A stretch of DNA of 40,256 bases from Bdellovibrionota bacterium (GCA_041739995.1 JBGSMV010000038.1:1-40256), one strand, 5' to 3'; positions 1 to 9,509 are shown, numbered from the stretch's first letter. Notes: generated by a model from the letters alone, not told the origin. Numbers and translations are program-made.

Positions 1-195
1 GGGGCGATAATTGAGTATGTCGGACAGTTGATGGAAGTAGATGTGTCTGGCATCGAACCCATGAGCCACGTGCACGGCTCTCAAAACATCTTTCGAGCAG
101 ATGAAGCGCAAGGACAACTACCAATCGAAGCTTTGATGAGTAATGTCCCTGACCACTCAGGTCGTTTCATTCGAGTCCCGTTGATAGTTGAGTAA
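1..195 (+). CDS. gatC: Asp-tRNA(Asn)/Glu-tRNA(Gln) amidotransferase subunit C, 5'-truncated (not in ORF track)
   Basis: Frame 1 reads GAIIEYVGQLMEVDVSGIEPMSHVH...FRADE...LMSNVPDHSGRFIRVPLIVE* (TAA 193-195), a typical GatC C-terminus, directly upstream of gatA. Confidence 0.92.
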   Translation, partial: GAIIEYVGQLMEVDVSGIEPMSHVHGSQNIFRADEAQGQLPIEALMSNVPDHSGRFIRVPLIVE

Positions 196-279
196 GGGAC
201 GGGCGGATTTTTATTTGAGATTTCATTATTCAATCTGTTGCCGCTCGCCAAGCAGCAACCAACTTTTCCATGAGATAGT

Positions 280-1788
280 ATGACTGAATTGCATTCGCTT
301 GGACTCCAGGAACTTAGAACCGGCCTTGATAATCGCGAGTTCTCCTCCTCCGAGCTTGTCCAAGCACTACTTACACGCGCCAAGTCAGTCTCTAAGCTCA
401 ACTGCTTCATAGATATTCTAGAAGATTCCGCGAAAAAATCTGCCTCAGTTGCGGACCAGACCCTTGGCAAAGATCACGGAAAGCCGCTGCTCGGCATCCC
501 AATTGCCCTTAAGGATAACATCTTAAGTGTGGGCTCCCGAACTACTTGTGCGAGTCGAATCCTGCACAACTTTCAGTCGCCGTACGATGCCACGGTAACA
601 AAGAAGCTTAATGACAGCGGCGCTATAGTTTTCGGCAAAACCAATATGGATGAGTTCGCCATGGGCTCGTCCTCTGAAGCCTCTACCTGCGGTCCGGTCT
701 GCAACCCATGGGACACCTCCAAAGTTCCTGGCGGCTCAAGCGGCGGTTCCGCTGCAGCCACCGCAGCAAGCATAGTGCCCGGAGCACTCGGCACCGACAC
801 CGGAGGCTCAGTACGACAACCCGCTTCGTTGTGCGGCATTTACGGTATTAAACCTACATATGGCCGCGTGAGCCGTCAGGGCGTAGTGGCCTTTGCCTCC
901 TCGCTTGATCAAGTCGGATGTTTTGCCAGGAGCGCTGGAGATCTTGCTGTTCTTACTAGCGCGCTGTGTGGCCACGATCCTCTGGACTCAACTTCAGTGC
1001 CACGCTCTGACAACTCTTTCGAGGTTCCTGCTGGCGCCAATATCAAAGGACTTCGTATCGGCGTGCCGCGCGAATATTTCATAGAGGGCGTTGAGCCAGA
1101 GGTTGAGAGCGCTGTTCGAAAGGCAATCAAGTCACTAGAAGACCAAGGAGCTCAGGTAGTAGACATTTCTCTACCCAACACCCACCACGCCGTTAACGTG
1201 TACTACGTGATTGCGCCCGCGGAAGCCTCTTCTAACCTGGCCCGCTTCGACGGCATTCGCTACGGCCACAGAGCCAGCGATTGTAAGGATTTAAAAGAGT
1301 TGTATTACAAATCTCGCTCCGAAGGTTTCGGTGAAGAGGTCAAGCGCCGTATTCTGGTAGGCTCTTTCGTACTTTCAACTGGATATTACGACGCCTATTA
1401 TCTGCGAGCTCAAAAAGTTCGCACACTCATCGCACAAGATTTTAAGGCGGCCTTCGAGAGCCAATGCGATCTAGTAGCCTGTCCTGTAGCCCCAACCACA
1501 GCGTTTGGCATCGGCGAGAAAGTCGACGACCCGGTGTCCATGTATTTAAACGACGTCTTTACCATCCCAGTGAACCTCGCTGGTCTTCCAGGAATGAGCG
1601 TCCCGTGCGGCTTAGACTCCAAGAACCTGCCCATTGGACTACAACTGATTGGCAAACCCTGGGATGAGTCTACGTTGTTTCGTGTCGCGGGAGCCTATGA
1701 ACATGCTACCGACTGGCACACAAAACGCGCGCCAGACAGTTCCTATGTCGACGCAACTGGCAGCGCCAAAGATTCGAGGAGATCTTAG
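280..1788 (+). CDS. gatA: Amidotransferase subunit A (amidase signature family)
   Basis: Motifs IALKDN, GKTNMDEFAMGSS, PGGSSGGS, LGTDTGGSVRQPA, EASSNLARFDG, GFGEEVKRRI; lies in gatCAB order. Confidence 0.97.
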   Translation: MTELHSLGLQELRTGLDNREFSSSELVQALLTRAKSVSKLNCFIDILEDSAKKSASVADQTLGKDHGKPLLGIPIALKDNILSVGSRTTCASRILHNFQSPYDATVTKKLNDSGAIVFGKTNMDEFAMGSSSEASTCGPVCNPWDTSKVPGGSSGGSAAATAASIVPGALGTDTGGSVRQPASLCGIYGIKPTYGRVSRQGVVAFASSLDQVGCFARSAGDLAVLTSALCGHDPLDSTSVPRSDNSFEVPAGANIKGLRIGVPREYFIEGVEPEVESAVRKAIKSLEDQGAQVVDISLPNTHHAVNVYYVIAPAEASSNLARFDGIRYGHRASDCKDLKELYYKSRSEGFGEEVKRRILVGSFVLSTGYYDAYYLRAQKVRTLIAQDFKAAFESQCDLVACPVAPTTAFGIGEKVDDPVSMYLNDVFTIPVNLAGLPGMSVPCGLDSKNLPIGLQLIGKPWDESTLFRVAGAYEHATDWHTKRAPDSSYVDATGSAKDSRRS

Positions 1789-1791
1789 TTC

Positions 1792-3240
1792 ATGGATTTC
1801 GAAGCAGTTATCGGACTTGAAGTTCATTTACAACTTCGCACCAACAGCAAGATATTTTCAGGCGCATCCGCTGAGTACGGCGGAACTCCAAACGAGTTCA
1901 TCGACACGGTGACTCTCGGACTGCCTGGCTGCTTGCCAGTGCTCAACAAGCGTGTGGTCGACTTCGCGATCATGATGGGTCTTGCGGTCAATTGCGAGAT
2001 TCGCAGTTTGAATCGCTTCGCTCGCAAGCACTACTTTTACCCAGACCTTCCTAAGGGCTACCAGATTTCTCAGTTTGATGAGCCAATCTGTGAGCGCGGC
2101 CACATTCACGTACACTTCGCAGAGTCTACGCGCGCCATCGGGATTAAGCGCATTCACATGGAAGAGGACGCGGGCAAGAACATTCACGACTCGCGCACTC
2201 ATGCGTCACTCGTGGACTTAAATCGCGCAGGCGTACCGCTGTTGGAAATAGTTTCAGAACCTGACTTGCGGACTCCGGCCGAGGCAAGCGCCTATCTAAA
2301 AACCATTCGACAAATTGCGCGCTATCTAGAAATTAGCGACGGCAATATGGAAGAAGGCAGCTTACGCTGCGATGCAAACATTTCCCTGCGCCCGGTTGGT
2401 CAACTCAAATTTGGCACGCGCACAGAGATTAAGAATCTTAACTCGTTCAAGTTCGTCGAGCGCGCGCTTGAATACGAGATTGCTCGCCAGCTTTCAGTCC
2501 TGAAGAGCGGAAAGCTAGTGAGTCAAGAAACACTTTTGTTTGATAGTGGCGAAGGAGTCACTCGCTCGATGCGTACCAAAGAGGAGTCTGCTGACTACCG
2601 ATATTTTCCGGACCCAGATCTTCCCCCGCTTAAAATTGAAGAAAGCTGGATTGAAGAAATTCGCTCCACGCTGCCCAAACTTCCCGAGCAGCGTACCAAA
2701 GAACTCTGCGATGTGTATGGTTTAAGCCTGTATGATGCCGCGATTCTTACGGCTGAACGCGCCTGTGCTGATTACTTCGAAGCAGTATTTAAATCTTGTG
2801 ACAACGCCAAAGCCGCCTGCAATTGGATTACTTCAGAGCTCTTCGGGGGCTTGAATAAGGCAGGCCTCGACATTTCCGCCTCCCCCGTATCAGCAGCGCA
2901 CCTCGGAGAGCTCATTCTGCTGGTCGAAGGCGAAACCATTAACGGAAAAATCGCCAAGATAGTTTTCGAAGAGATGTTTGCGACCAGCAAGGCTCCAAAG
3001 CAGATCGTTGAGGAAAAGGGCCTGCGACAAGTCACCGATGAATCCGCGATTCAAGCGCTTGTAACTCAAGCTTTCGCCAACAACGCAGGACAAGCCGCGC
3101 TGTTCGTTGAAGGTAACGATCGTCTCCAGCCATTTTTTGTCGGTCAGGTAATGAAGCTGTCTAAGGGGAGCGCTAACCCGCAGAAGGTGAACGAAGCTCT
3201 TGTTGCTCACGTAGCCCGGCTGCGGAAGAACCCCGCATAA
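1792..3240 (+). CDS. gatB: Amidotransferase subunit B
   Basis: Motifs VIGLEVH, RKHYFYPDLPKGYQISQ, HMEEDAGK, DLNRAGVPLLEIV, LRCDANIS, DYRYFPDPDL; C-terminal YqeY-like FFVGQVMK. Confidence 0.97.
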   Translation: MDFEAVIGLEVHLQLRTNSKIFSGASAEYGGTPNEFIDTVTLGLPGCLPVLNKRVVDFAIMMGLAVNCEIRSLNRFARKHYFYPDLPKGYQISQFDEPICERGHIHVHFAESTRAIGIKRIHMEEDAGKNIHDSRTHASLVDLNRAGVPLLEIVSEPDLRTPAEASAYLKTIRQIARYLEISDGNMEEGSLRCDANISLRPVGQLKFGTRTEIKNLNSFKFVERALEYEIARQLSVLKSGKLVSQETLLFDSGEGVTRSMRTKEESADYRYFPDPDLPPLKIEESWIEEIRSTLPKLPEQRTKELCDVYGLSLYDAAILTAERACADYFEAVFKSCDNAKAACNWITSELFGGLNKAGLDISASPVSAAHLGELILLVEGETINGKIAKIVFEEMFATSKAPKQIVEEKGLRQVTDESAIQALVTQAFANNAGQAALFVEGNDRLQPFFVGQVMKLSKGSANPQKVNEALVAHVARLRKNPA

Positions 3241-3275
3241 ACTTCGCTAAGCTATTCAGAGAACCCGCACAGCGG

Positions 3276-3722
3276 ATGAGTGCACACATGCAGGAGTTTC
3301 AGTTTGAAGAACCAGACTCTGAGACCAGAGTTCTCTACCTTGAAGTTCCGAACGAGTCAGTAGTCCTACTTCAAGGCGCCTTTGAACTCTCTGAAGGTCT
3401 GGGAATAGTCCGAACAATCTATGAAGTTCACACCAATCGGACAGGCCGCTCCCTAAAAGGGCAAAATACAAGCGAAAGTGGCGACGCACCTGTCATCGCC
3501 ATCATCACCACAGCGAGTCAGACCGAATTATGCACAGAGTTCGTTACCAGAATTCTGGGAGACAAGCGCGCAATCACCGCGGACAGCCAGCCCAATATTG
3601 GTGGGAGCCCCCTCCTTGCCCCTTCTAAGCAAGCGTCGTGGCGAGCTATCGCTCCTCAAGATCCAAGAGTAGTAGGATCCGTTTCACGCGGATTGCACGG
3701 CGATAATTCCAACGAACTCTAG
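3276..3722 (+). CDS. Hypothetical protein, DUF4911-like
   Basis: LYLEVPNESVVLLQGAFELSEGLGIVRTI resembles the DUF4911 pattern (recalled, not searched); follows gatB on the same strand. Confidence 0.55.
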   Translation: MSAHMQEFQFEEPDSETRVLYLEVPNESVVLLQGAFELSEGLGIVRTIYEVHTNRTGRSLKGQNTSESGDAPVIAIITTASQTELCTEFVTRILGDKRAITADSQPNIGGSPLLAPSKQASWRAIAPQDPRVVGSVSRGLHGDNSNEL

Positions 3723-3887
3723 ATTTCTTCCCAGTTTCGAACCTGCCCAACCGTGCAAACCCCAACGGGATGTGCTTGGGCTTCTTTGTCCATAGTAATA
3801 TTTTTGAGCTCCACGACTCGGCGCAATAGGATCATAGGGGCCTTATGGAGAAAACGCGAGCACACGCTCAGCCTCCAACGGAAGGAA

Positions 3888-3934
3888 AATGAATTACACA
3901 ATGAGTTTAGCGAGAAAAATACTTTAAGGAACTT
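3888..3934. repeat. Dispersed intergenic repeat family A, copy 1
   Basis: AATGAATTACACAATGAGTTTAGCGAGAA matches 8761-8789 at 25/29 positions; similarity continues to GAACTT. Confidence 0.6.
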
Positions 3935-3963
3935 CTGATTCAGCACCTTAGCGAGTGCGCAAA

Positions 3964-4455
3964 TTAGTCTGTGTGGTCGTGTCGTCGAGCGTATACATCA
4001 AGACGCCGGCTGATTGGTCGGAGAACCACCAAGACTATCAAGGAAGCAATGGTCGCTGATGCAGCCAATGCGTATTCTCCTAAACCCGCCGCTGTCCCCA
4101 TGGCGGCTGCAACCCAGATCGAGCCCGCAGTTGTCAAACCCTTAACTTTAGTATCGCCATCGATCCTGAGAATTGCGCCCGCACCAAGGAAGCCCACACC
4201 TGCAGCTACGCCCTGCACCACGCGCGTTACTTGGTGTAAATCTCCTGCGGCAGTTGCAATCCCGGCAATAGTAAAGACAGCGGATCCCAAGGCAACCATC
4301 ACGTGCGTTCGCAAGCCTGCAGATTGTCCAGCCAATTGTCGCTCGGCACCGACGATACCACCGAGAAATATCGCAAGCGCCAAACGAAGCATGTCATCAA
4401 AAAACGTGGGGACATCGAATTGTAAAGCCGAAAAAATGACGGGCGTTTCAACCAT
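3964..4455 (-). CDS. MgtC/SapB family membrane protein (N-terminal domain only)
   Basis: Motifs GGIVGAERQ, AGLRTH, RVVQGVAAGVGFLGAG, VKGLTTAGSIW. Confidence 0.9.
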   Translation of the reverse strand: MVETPVIFSALQFDVPTFFDDMLRLALAIFLGGIVGAERQLAGQSAGLRTHVMVALGSAVFTIAGIATAAGDLHQVTRVVQGVAAGVGFLGAGAILRIDGDTKVKGLTTAGSIWVAAAMGTAAGLGEYALAASATIASLIVLVVLRPISRRLDVYARRHDHTD

Positions 4456-4706
4456 TGGACTACCGCAAAAACAATCCCTAGATCATTAACACGCCAATCG
4501 GCAACGGCAAGCGGGATAACGGCTCGATTGTCGAAGCTCCGAGTATAAGAATCCTTTAACCTCCGGGTAGTGCCGTGGAAGGTGATCGTTGCTCCAAGGG
4601 CAGCTGCGTCGCGCAGCGAAATGAATAACTATTCTAAAGCCTGAATCGCATATCAGGCCGAGACATTTTTGGCTTCAAGGATTCTGAATTCCGCGCGCCG
4701 CTGTCT

Positions 4707-5996
4707 TCATTCTTCTAGAGATGGCGAGGTGACGTGAGACTCTTGAACACGCTGCGGCCCAGTCAAGCCTCCGTCGAGGGGTCGATCATCGACTTCACTG
4801 CGAATTGGGCAAGAGATCCACAGCAATACGATTCCCGCAACGGCGGAGAAAAATGAGCCGACCAAAATGCCGATACGGTCGTCGACGGCGTAGTCTGGCC
4901 CGCCCCCGCCTTCAAAGGCGAGCGATCCTATGAAAAGGCTCATGGTAAAACCGATCCCGCAGAGAACCGCCATGCCGTAGACCTGTGCCCAAGTAATACC
5001 ACTGGGCAACTGGGCGATGCCGCTCTTGACGGCCAGCCAACTAGCACCAAAGACGCCGATCTGTTTTCCTACGAATAAACCCAAAGCGATTCCCAGTGGC
5101 ACGGAGGCGAGCAAAGACTCGGGGGACAACCCGACAATCGGTACACCGGCATTACCGAAGGCAAAAATGGGGAGGACTCCGAAGACGACCCATGGGTGAA
5201 GTCCATGTTCGAGCCGGTAGACCATGGCTGACTTGTCAGCGGCATGCTTGCCGGCTGGGATGAAAGCAGCGAGGGCTACTCCGGCCAGCGTGGCGTGCAC
5301 CCCTGACTTGAGAACCGCAATCCACAAGACGATGCCGAGCAGGACGAATGCAGCCATTGACTTCACGCCGAGGCGGTTCAGTACCGCAAGAGCGCCTAGC
5401 ACAACAGCGGCAATCCCGAGCGACAACGGAGAAAGCTGGCTGGTGTAGAAGACCGCAATAATGACGATTGCTGCGAGGTCGTCGATCACCGCGACTGAGG
5501 TCAGAAGCACTTTCAGCGCGACGGGAACGCGACTTCCAAGAATAGCCACGATCCCAAGGGCAAAAGCGATGTCGGTGGCGGCGGGAATGGCCCAGCCATT
5601 CATGGCAATTGGATCGCCCCAGTTGATGAAAGCGTAAATCGCCGACGGCACGACGAGACCACCTAGGGCGGCCAACAATGGAAGGGAGACCTGGCGGAGA
5701 TTCGAAAGATTGCCAAAAAGGATTTCGCGCTTAAGTTCGAGCCCGATGAGCAAGAAAAAAACCGCCATCAATCCATCGTTGACCCAGAGTAACAGTGGTT
5801 TGTGGATCTTCCATTCGCCAATGCCCACCACGGCTGGTGTCTCCAGTAGTGCGCCATACCAGCTCACTCCAGCATTCGCCACCACCAAGGCGGCTGCCGT
5901 CGCAAGCATTAGAAGAACGCCCGGTGCAGCCTGGTGCTGGATCACGCGCGATACGAATCGGAGCAACGGGTGTGGAATCGTGGGGGCAATGTTCAT
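4707..5996 (-). CDS. nhaA: Na+/H+ antiporter NhaA
   Basis: Motifs WVNDGLMAVFF, GLELKRE, GWAIPAATDIAFALG, AVIDDL, KSGVHATLAGV, LCGIGFTMSLFI. Start moved to ATG 5996, which has a GAAGGAAA SD. Confidence 0.95.
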   Translation of the reverse strand: MNIAPTIPHPLLRFVSRVIQHQAAPGVLLMLATAAALVVANAGVSWYGALLETPAVVGIGEWKIHKPLLLWVNDGLMAVFFLLIGLELKREILFGNLSNLRQVSLPLLAALGGLVVPSAIYAFINWGDPIAMNGWAIPAATDIAFALGIVAILGSRVPVALKVLLTSVAVIDDLAAIVIIAVFYTSQLSPLSLGIAAVVLGALAVLNRLGVKSMAAFVLLGIVLWIAVLKSGVHATLAGVALAAFIPAGKHAADKSAMVYRLEHGLHPWVVFGVLPIFAFGNAGVPIVGLSPESLLASVPLGIALGLFVGKQIGVFGASWLAVKSGIAQLPSGITWAQVYGMAVLCGIGFTMSLFIGSLAFEGGGGPDYAVDDRIGILVGSFFSAVAGIVLLWISCPIRSEVDDRPLDGGLTGPQRVQESHVTSPSLEE

Positions 5997-6329
5997 GGCG
6001 TTTCCTTCGGTGCGCTTCAGGACAGGACTACCACGCACCGACCACGGGTGAAACCAGCACGTGCCTCAGCGCTCAGATCTGGTCGCCTTCGTGCCACTGC
6101 CTATCCTTGGCCTCCCTCTTTGGTCTTCTCATGCGGTAATTTTTCTACGTGTACGCACGTGCTCGCATTCAAATCATCGCCGCTCTGGGCTGATTCCCAG
6201 GCGCTTCTAGTACGCGCTACATCAGGCGCTCTTTCACCCCTCAATAGCGGCCTACTGCTATGTTTTCTTCGTCTAAAAAGGCTCTCCGCTTAGAGCTCTC
6301 CATCTTCGGTATTTCGAGAGAAGAGTTTC

Positions 6330-6435
6330 GTGGGGGCCCGGTCCGCACACGGTCCCGCCCAGCCCCGTCCTACGGCCCCTCCCACTGCCTCAGGGAACTT
6401 GGGGTGAGGCATAAGCCCGCCTCGCTTGAGGTTCC
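6330..6435 (+). ncRNA. Candidate structured RNA: two GC-rich hairpins with C-rich loops
   Basis: GUGGG-GGCC/GGCC-CCU-CCCAC stem with inner ACGG/CCGU and loop UCCCGCCCAGCC; second hairpin GGAACUU-G-GGGUGAGGC/GCCUCGCUU-G-AGGUUCC whose G-U pairs form on the + strand. Confidence 0.35.
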
Positions 6436-6638
6436 AAACTAAGGGGTAGTAATGTGCTCGAAAGCAAAAGGCGCTTTGTTAGCCTTGACGATACGCTCAG
6501 AGGCAGGGAGCATCCCTACTCTCGTGTTTCCGAAGCGCCTGGCTGAGTGCCAGCTTCAGGGATACAGGCCTTGGGCGAGTAAGAGAGCCTGCTACACAAA
6601 GCTCTCATCAAAAGAATGAACTAGGAGTTGGACACGCT

Positions 6639-8618
6639 ATGCTTCGCACACTACACCGCTTTCGCCTCGTATTCTTGGTGATACTGCTTCTCTCCTCCTT
6701 CGCCCTGGCTTTCAGCGGCTTCGCCTATAGCTGGATCACTCCCAACACTGAACGGCAAGCTATAATGATTGACGACTCAGGCGTTTCCTTTCGCGATCTT
6801 GAGAATGAGCGTAAGGAACTCGATCAGATCTATCGTCAGCAATTTGGAGAAAATTACTTTCGTATCTTAGAGCAGTTGAAAGTTAATCTGCAGGAACAAG
6901 CCACAGACCGCGCCATACAGAGCCATCTCCTAACACGCGAAGCTGACCGAATTGGTTTTGCGGCAAGTCCCCAGACGGTTGCCAACCAACTTGCGTCCGA
7001 GTTCGGATCGTTTCCAAACCCTCGCGAACAGTATTCTCAATTTCTTATGTCCATCGGAATGAGCTCCCAAGAATTTGAAGAGCGCATCCGACAAGGTCTA
7101 ATCCGCTCCCAACTCGAGCAAATCGTCAGAGATTCATCCCTGCCTTCTGACCGCGAAGTAAGAGCCTCCATTGCGCTTGAGAAAACTAAATACTCCGTCG
7201 ACTACGTCATGCTTCGCCCTGAAGACCATATGGACGAGGTCTCCGCTCCCAGCGATGCCTCGATTCAAGAATACTACGAGGAAAACGCGAGCGAATTCGA
7301 GCTGCCTGAGCGAGTGACCTACGCCTTTGCAACCCTCGATCCAGCCAAGTTCCTTGATATCGTGGAAGTGTTTCCTGACGACGTAGAGCTATACTACACC
7401 GATCACGAGCAGAACTTTACTACGCCTGAGCGACGCACCGTGCGACTCATTCGTGTTAACGAGAAAGAAGCAGCCTCATCCAAAGAGACCGCAGCAAAGA
7501 AGACTGCGGCGAAGCCTTCCGAAAACGGCGGCGCCAATGAAGAATCCGCAAAGTCAAAACCATCAGACACCTTACTGAAGAAGCTTGAAGGCGGCGCGGA
7601 CTTTGCTGCCACGGCCAAATCTTCTTCTACTCATGAAAGCGCTGCCAATGGCGGCCTACTCGGAACACTTAACCAAACAGAGCTGGCGTCGAAACTCGGC
7701 GAGCCCCGCGCTCGTGAAATATTCGCTCTCTCAAAAGGCAAAGCAGCAGTACTCCAAACGGCAGAGACTGATTCGTCCGACCTGATTCTCATTGAAGAAA
7801 TTATTCCTGCCTCTCTCAAGAGCCTAGAAGAGGTACGCACAGAGATCGAAGCTGAGCTGCGTGCTCGCGAAGCGCCCGCATTCGTTGCGGCTAAAGGCGA
7901 AGAGCTTTTAGAAGAGTGGAAAAGTGCCGACAACTCACTTGCGGAGTTCATTGCTTCTGAAAGCCTGAAGGGTCGCGAACTCTCGGTGAGCACCTCAGCC
8001 TCGCTTGCTGACGAGAATGCGAGCCCCGAGGGGTATCCAGGTCTGACACTTAAGGTTCTTGAGGGCGCCGATGGCAGCCGCTCCTTGATTGACCTTGGAC
8101 AACACACTTTGCTGGTCGAAGTATTGGAGCGCAAAACTTCTGAAATTGCGTCACTCGATGCGGTGAAATCTAAGATAGTAGAGATTCTCAAGAGGCGTGA
8201 CTCTACTTCCAAAGCCCGCGAACTGGCTCAACTGATCGTTGACGAGATGAGCTCCGGCAAACACACGCTACTATCTGAAGCTGCTCAACCAAGTGGCCAA
8301 AAACTGCTTACTCTTACCGATCTCACTCGCGAGCAGTCCAACGCCCCATTTAATGATGGAGACCTAGAGCGTGCTGTTTTCTCTGAGACGAAAGCTCCTT
8401 CGAAGGTTTCCCAGGTTCACGTTAAAGACGGGGCCTATTACGTGGTGCAGGTCACTGCTATCACGCCGCCAACGACCGAAGAGGTCGAGAAAGAGCTAGT
8501 AGAACAGCGTGATGAAGAAGCGACCGCAATGTCGGGAATAATTCTGGCTTCGCTCCTAAACGACCTCAAGGCTTCATCCCGCATTGAATTTGGCCCGGGA
8601 GTGTTGGGGCAAAACTAA
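6639..8618 (+). CDS. ppiD: PpiD-like periplasmic chaperone (N-terminal TM anchor, SurA_N-like and parvulin-like domains)
   Basis: N-terminal TM helix, YYEEN...F..PE repeats, DFAATAKSSSTHESAANGGLLG parvulin-like segment, 659 aa; AGGAG SD upstream. Confidence 0.8.
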   Translation: MLRTLHRFRLVFLVILLLSSFALAFSGFAYSWITPNTERQAIMIDDSGVSFRDLENERKELDQIYRQQFGENYFRILEQLKVNLQEQATDRAIQSHLLTREADRIGFAASPQTVANQLASEFGSFPNPREQYSQFLMSIGMSSQEFEERIRQGLIRSQLEQIVRDSSLPSDREVRASIALEKTKYSVDYVMLRPEDHMDEVSAPSDASIQEYYEENASEFELPERVTYAFATLDPAKFLDIVEVFPDDVELYYTDHEQNFTTPERRTVRLIRVNEKEAASSKETAAKKTAAKPSENGGANEESAKSKPSDTLLKKLEGGADFAATAKSSSTHESAANGGLLGTLNQTELASKLGEPRAREIFALSKGKAAVLQTAETDSSDLILIEEIIPASLKSLEEVRTEIEAELRAREAPAFVAAKGEELLEEWKSADNSLAEFIASESLKGRELSVSTSASLADENASPEGYPGLTLKVLEGADGSRSLIDLGQHTLLVEVLERKTSEIASLDAVKSKIVEILKRRDSTSKARELAQLIVDEMSSGKHTLLSEAAQPSGQKLLTLTDLTREQSNAPFNDGDLERAVFSETKAPSKVSQVHVKDGAYYVVQVTAITPPTTEEVEKELVEQRDEEATAMSGIILASLLNDLKASSRIEFGPGVLGQN

Positions 8619-8760
8619 CAAGGAGCGGCTTGAGACGGCTGGCTGACAGCACGTTCTCATGCTCTGAGCCCTATATCTCCAGGCTACCTCATAGATTTCT
8701 GAATCAAGACTTCCGCGAATAATTCTCGCCGCGCTCGCTGACCTCTTTGTGAATATATTT

Positions 8761-8816
8761 AATGAATTAGACAAGAAGTTCAGCGAGAACAGCGAGAAAC
8801 ATCTTCAAGTGAACTT
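8761..8816. repeat. Dispersed intergenic repeat family A, copy 2 (internal 9-bp tandem duplication)
   Basis: AATGAATTAGACAAGAAGTTCAGCGAGAA followed by a second CAGCGAGAA; similar to 3888-3934. Confidence 0.6.
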
Positions 8817-9054
8817 TCCACTGAGGACAATCAAGGGCCTATGTAAATGGTTGTGATTCGCATTCGAAGCTCACGCTGCCGCTCTCATATTTTTGTTTGG
8901 CTAGTGAATCTATCACCACCACTGGCATAGCTATGCTCTAGATACGCTTGAAGATATTCACTTCACACCTCCTTGCGCTCTGCGACCGTGAGCGGGATCC
9001 TCAGAACGTACTAACTTTTCACGTCTAAGAGGTTTCACTTTAGCAGGCTTTTCA

Positions 9055-9453
9055 ATGACCACATCTTATAACAAATCTAAGAGCTCAAACTCTCGAAGAA
9101 GCTTTCTTCGAAATGCAGCATTCGCCGTAGGCGCCGTTCCCGCTCTTCACATACTGGGAAACGGTAACATGGCCTTTGCGCAAGGCGCTCCTACCACTGC
9201 GGTAGATCCAGAATCGCCAATGGGCAAAGCGCTCGGTTATGTACACGATCATGCCAAGGCTGATGTTGCGAAATTTCCCGCAGCAAAAACAGCGGTCGCA
9301 AACGGAAGCAACTGCGCAAAATGCGCTCTGATGACACAGGGCGGATTAAAGGCCGACGGTCAGACAGGGGCGTGGGGACGCTGCACTCTTTTCCCGACTG
9401 GTCTCGTAAATGAAAATGGCTGGTGCATGTCGTTTGCTCAGAAGCCTGCTTAA
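9055..9453 (+). CDS. High-potential iron-sulfur protein (HiPIP) with Tat signal peptide
   Basis: Twin-arginine SRRSFL, AFA cleavage site, ALGYVHD, and four Cys in the HiPIP pattern CAKC...GRCTLF...VNENGWC. Confidence 0.88.
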   Translation: MTTSYNKSKSSNSRRSFLRNAAFAVGAVPALHILGNGNMAFAQGAPTTAVDPESPMGKALGYVHDHAKADVAKFPAAKTAVANGSNCAKCALMTQGGLKADGQTGAWGRCTLFPTGLVNENGWCMSFAQKPA

Positions 9454-9467
9454 AGCTTTGAGCGTTC

Positions 9468-9509
9468 AAGGCGTGTGGTCCACTGGTCACCAGTGACCAC
9501 ACGCCTTTT
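9468..9509 (+). terminator. Intrinsic terminator after HiPIP
   Basis: AAGGCGTGTGGTC-CACTGGTCACCAGTG-ACCACACGCCTTTT: long stem followed by a T run. Confidence 0.8.

Noticed and set aside
4548..4685. 9-bp inverted repeat AGAATCCTT/AAGGATTCT around the mgtC-nhaA spacer as MITE ends
   Set aside because: It is short, has no target-site duplication and no second copy in the window, so it could be chance.
8923..8937. TGGCATAGCTATGC as a sigma54 promoter for HiPIP
   Set aside because: GG-to-GC spacing is 9 nt, not the required 10.
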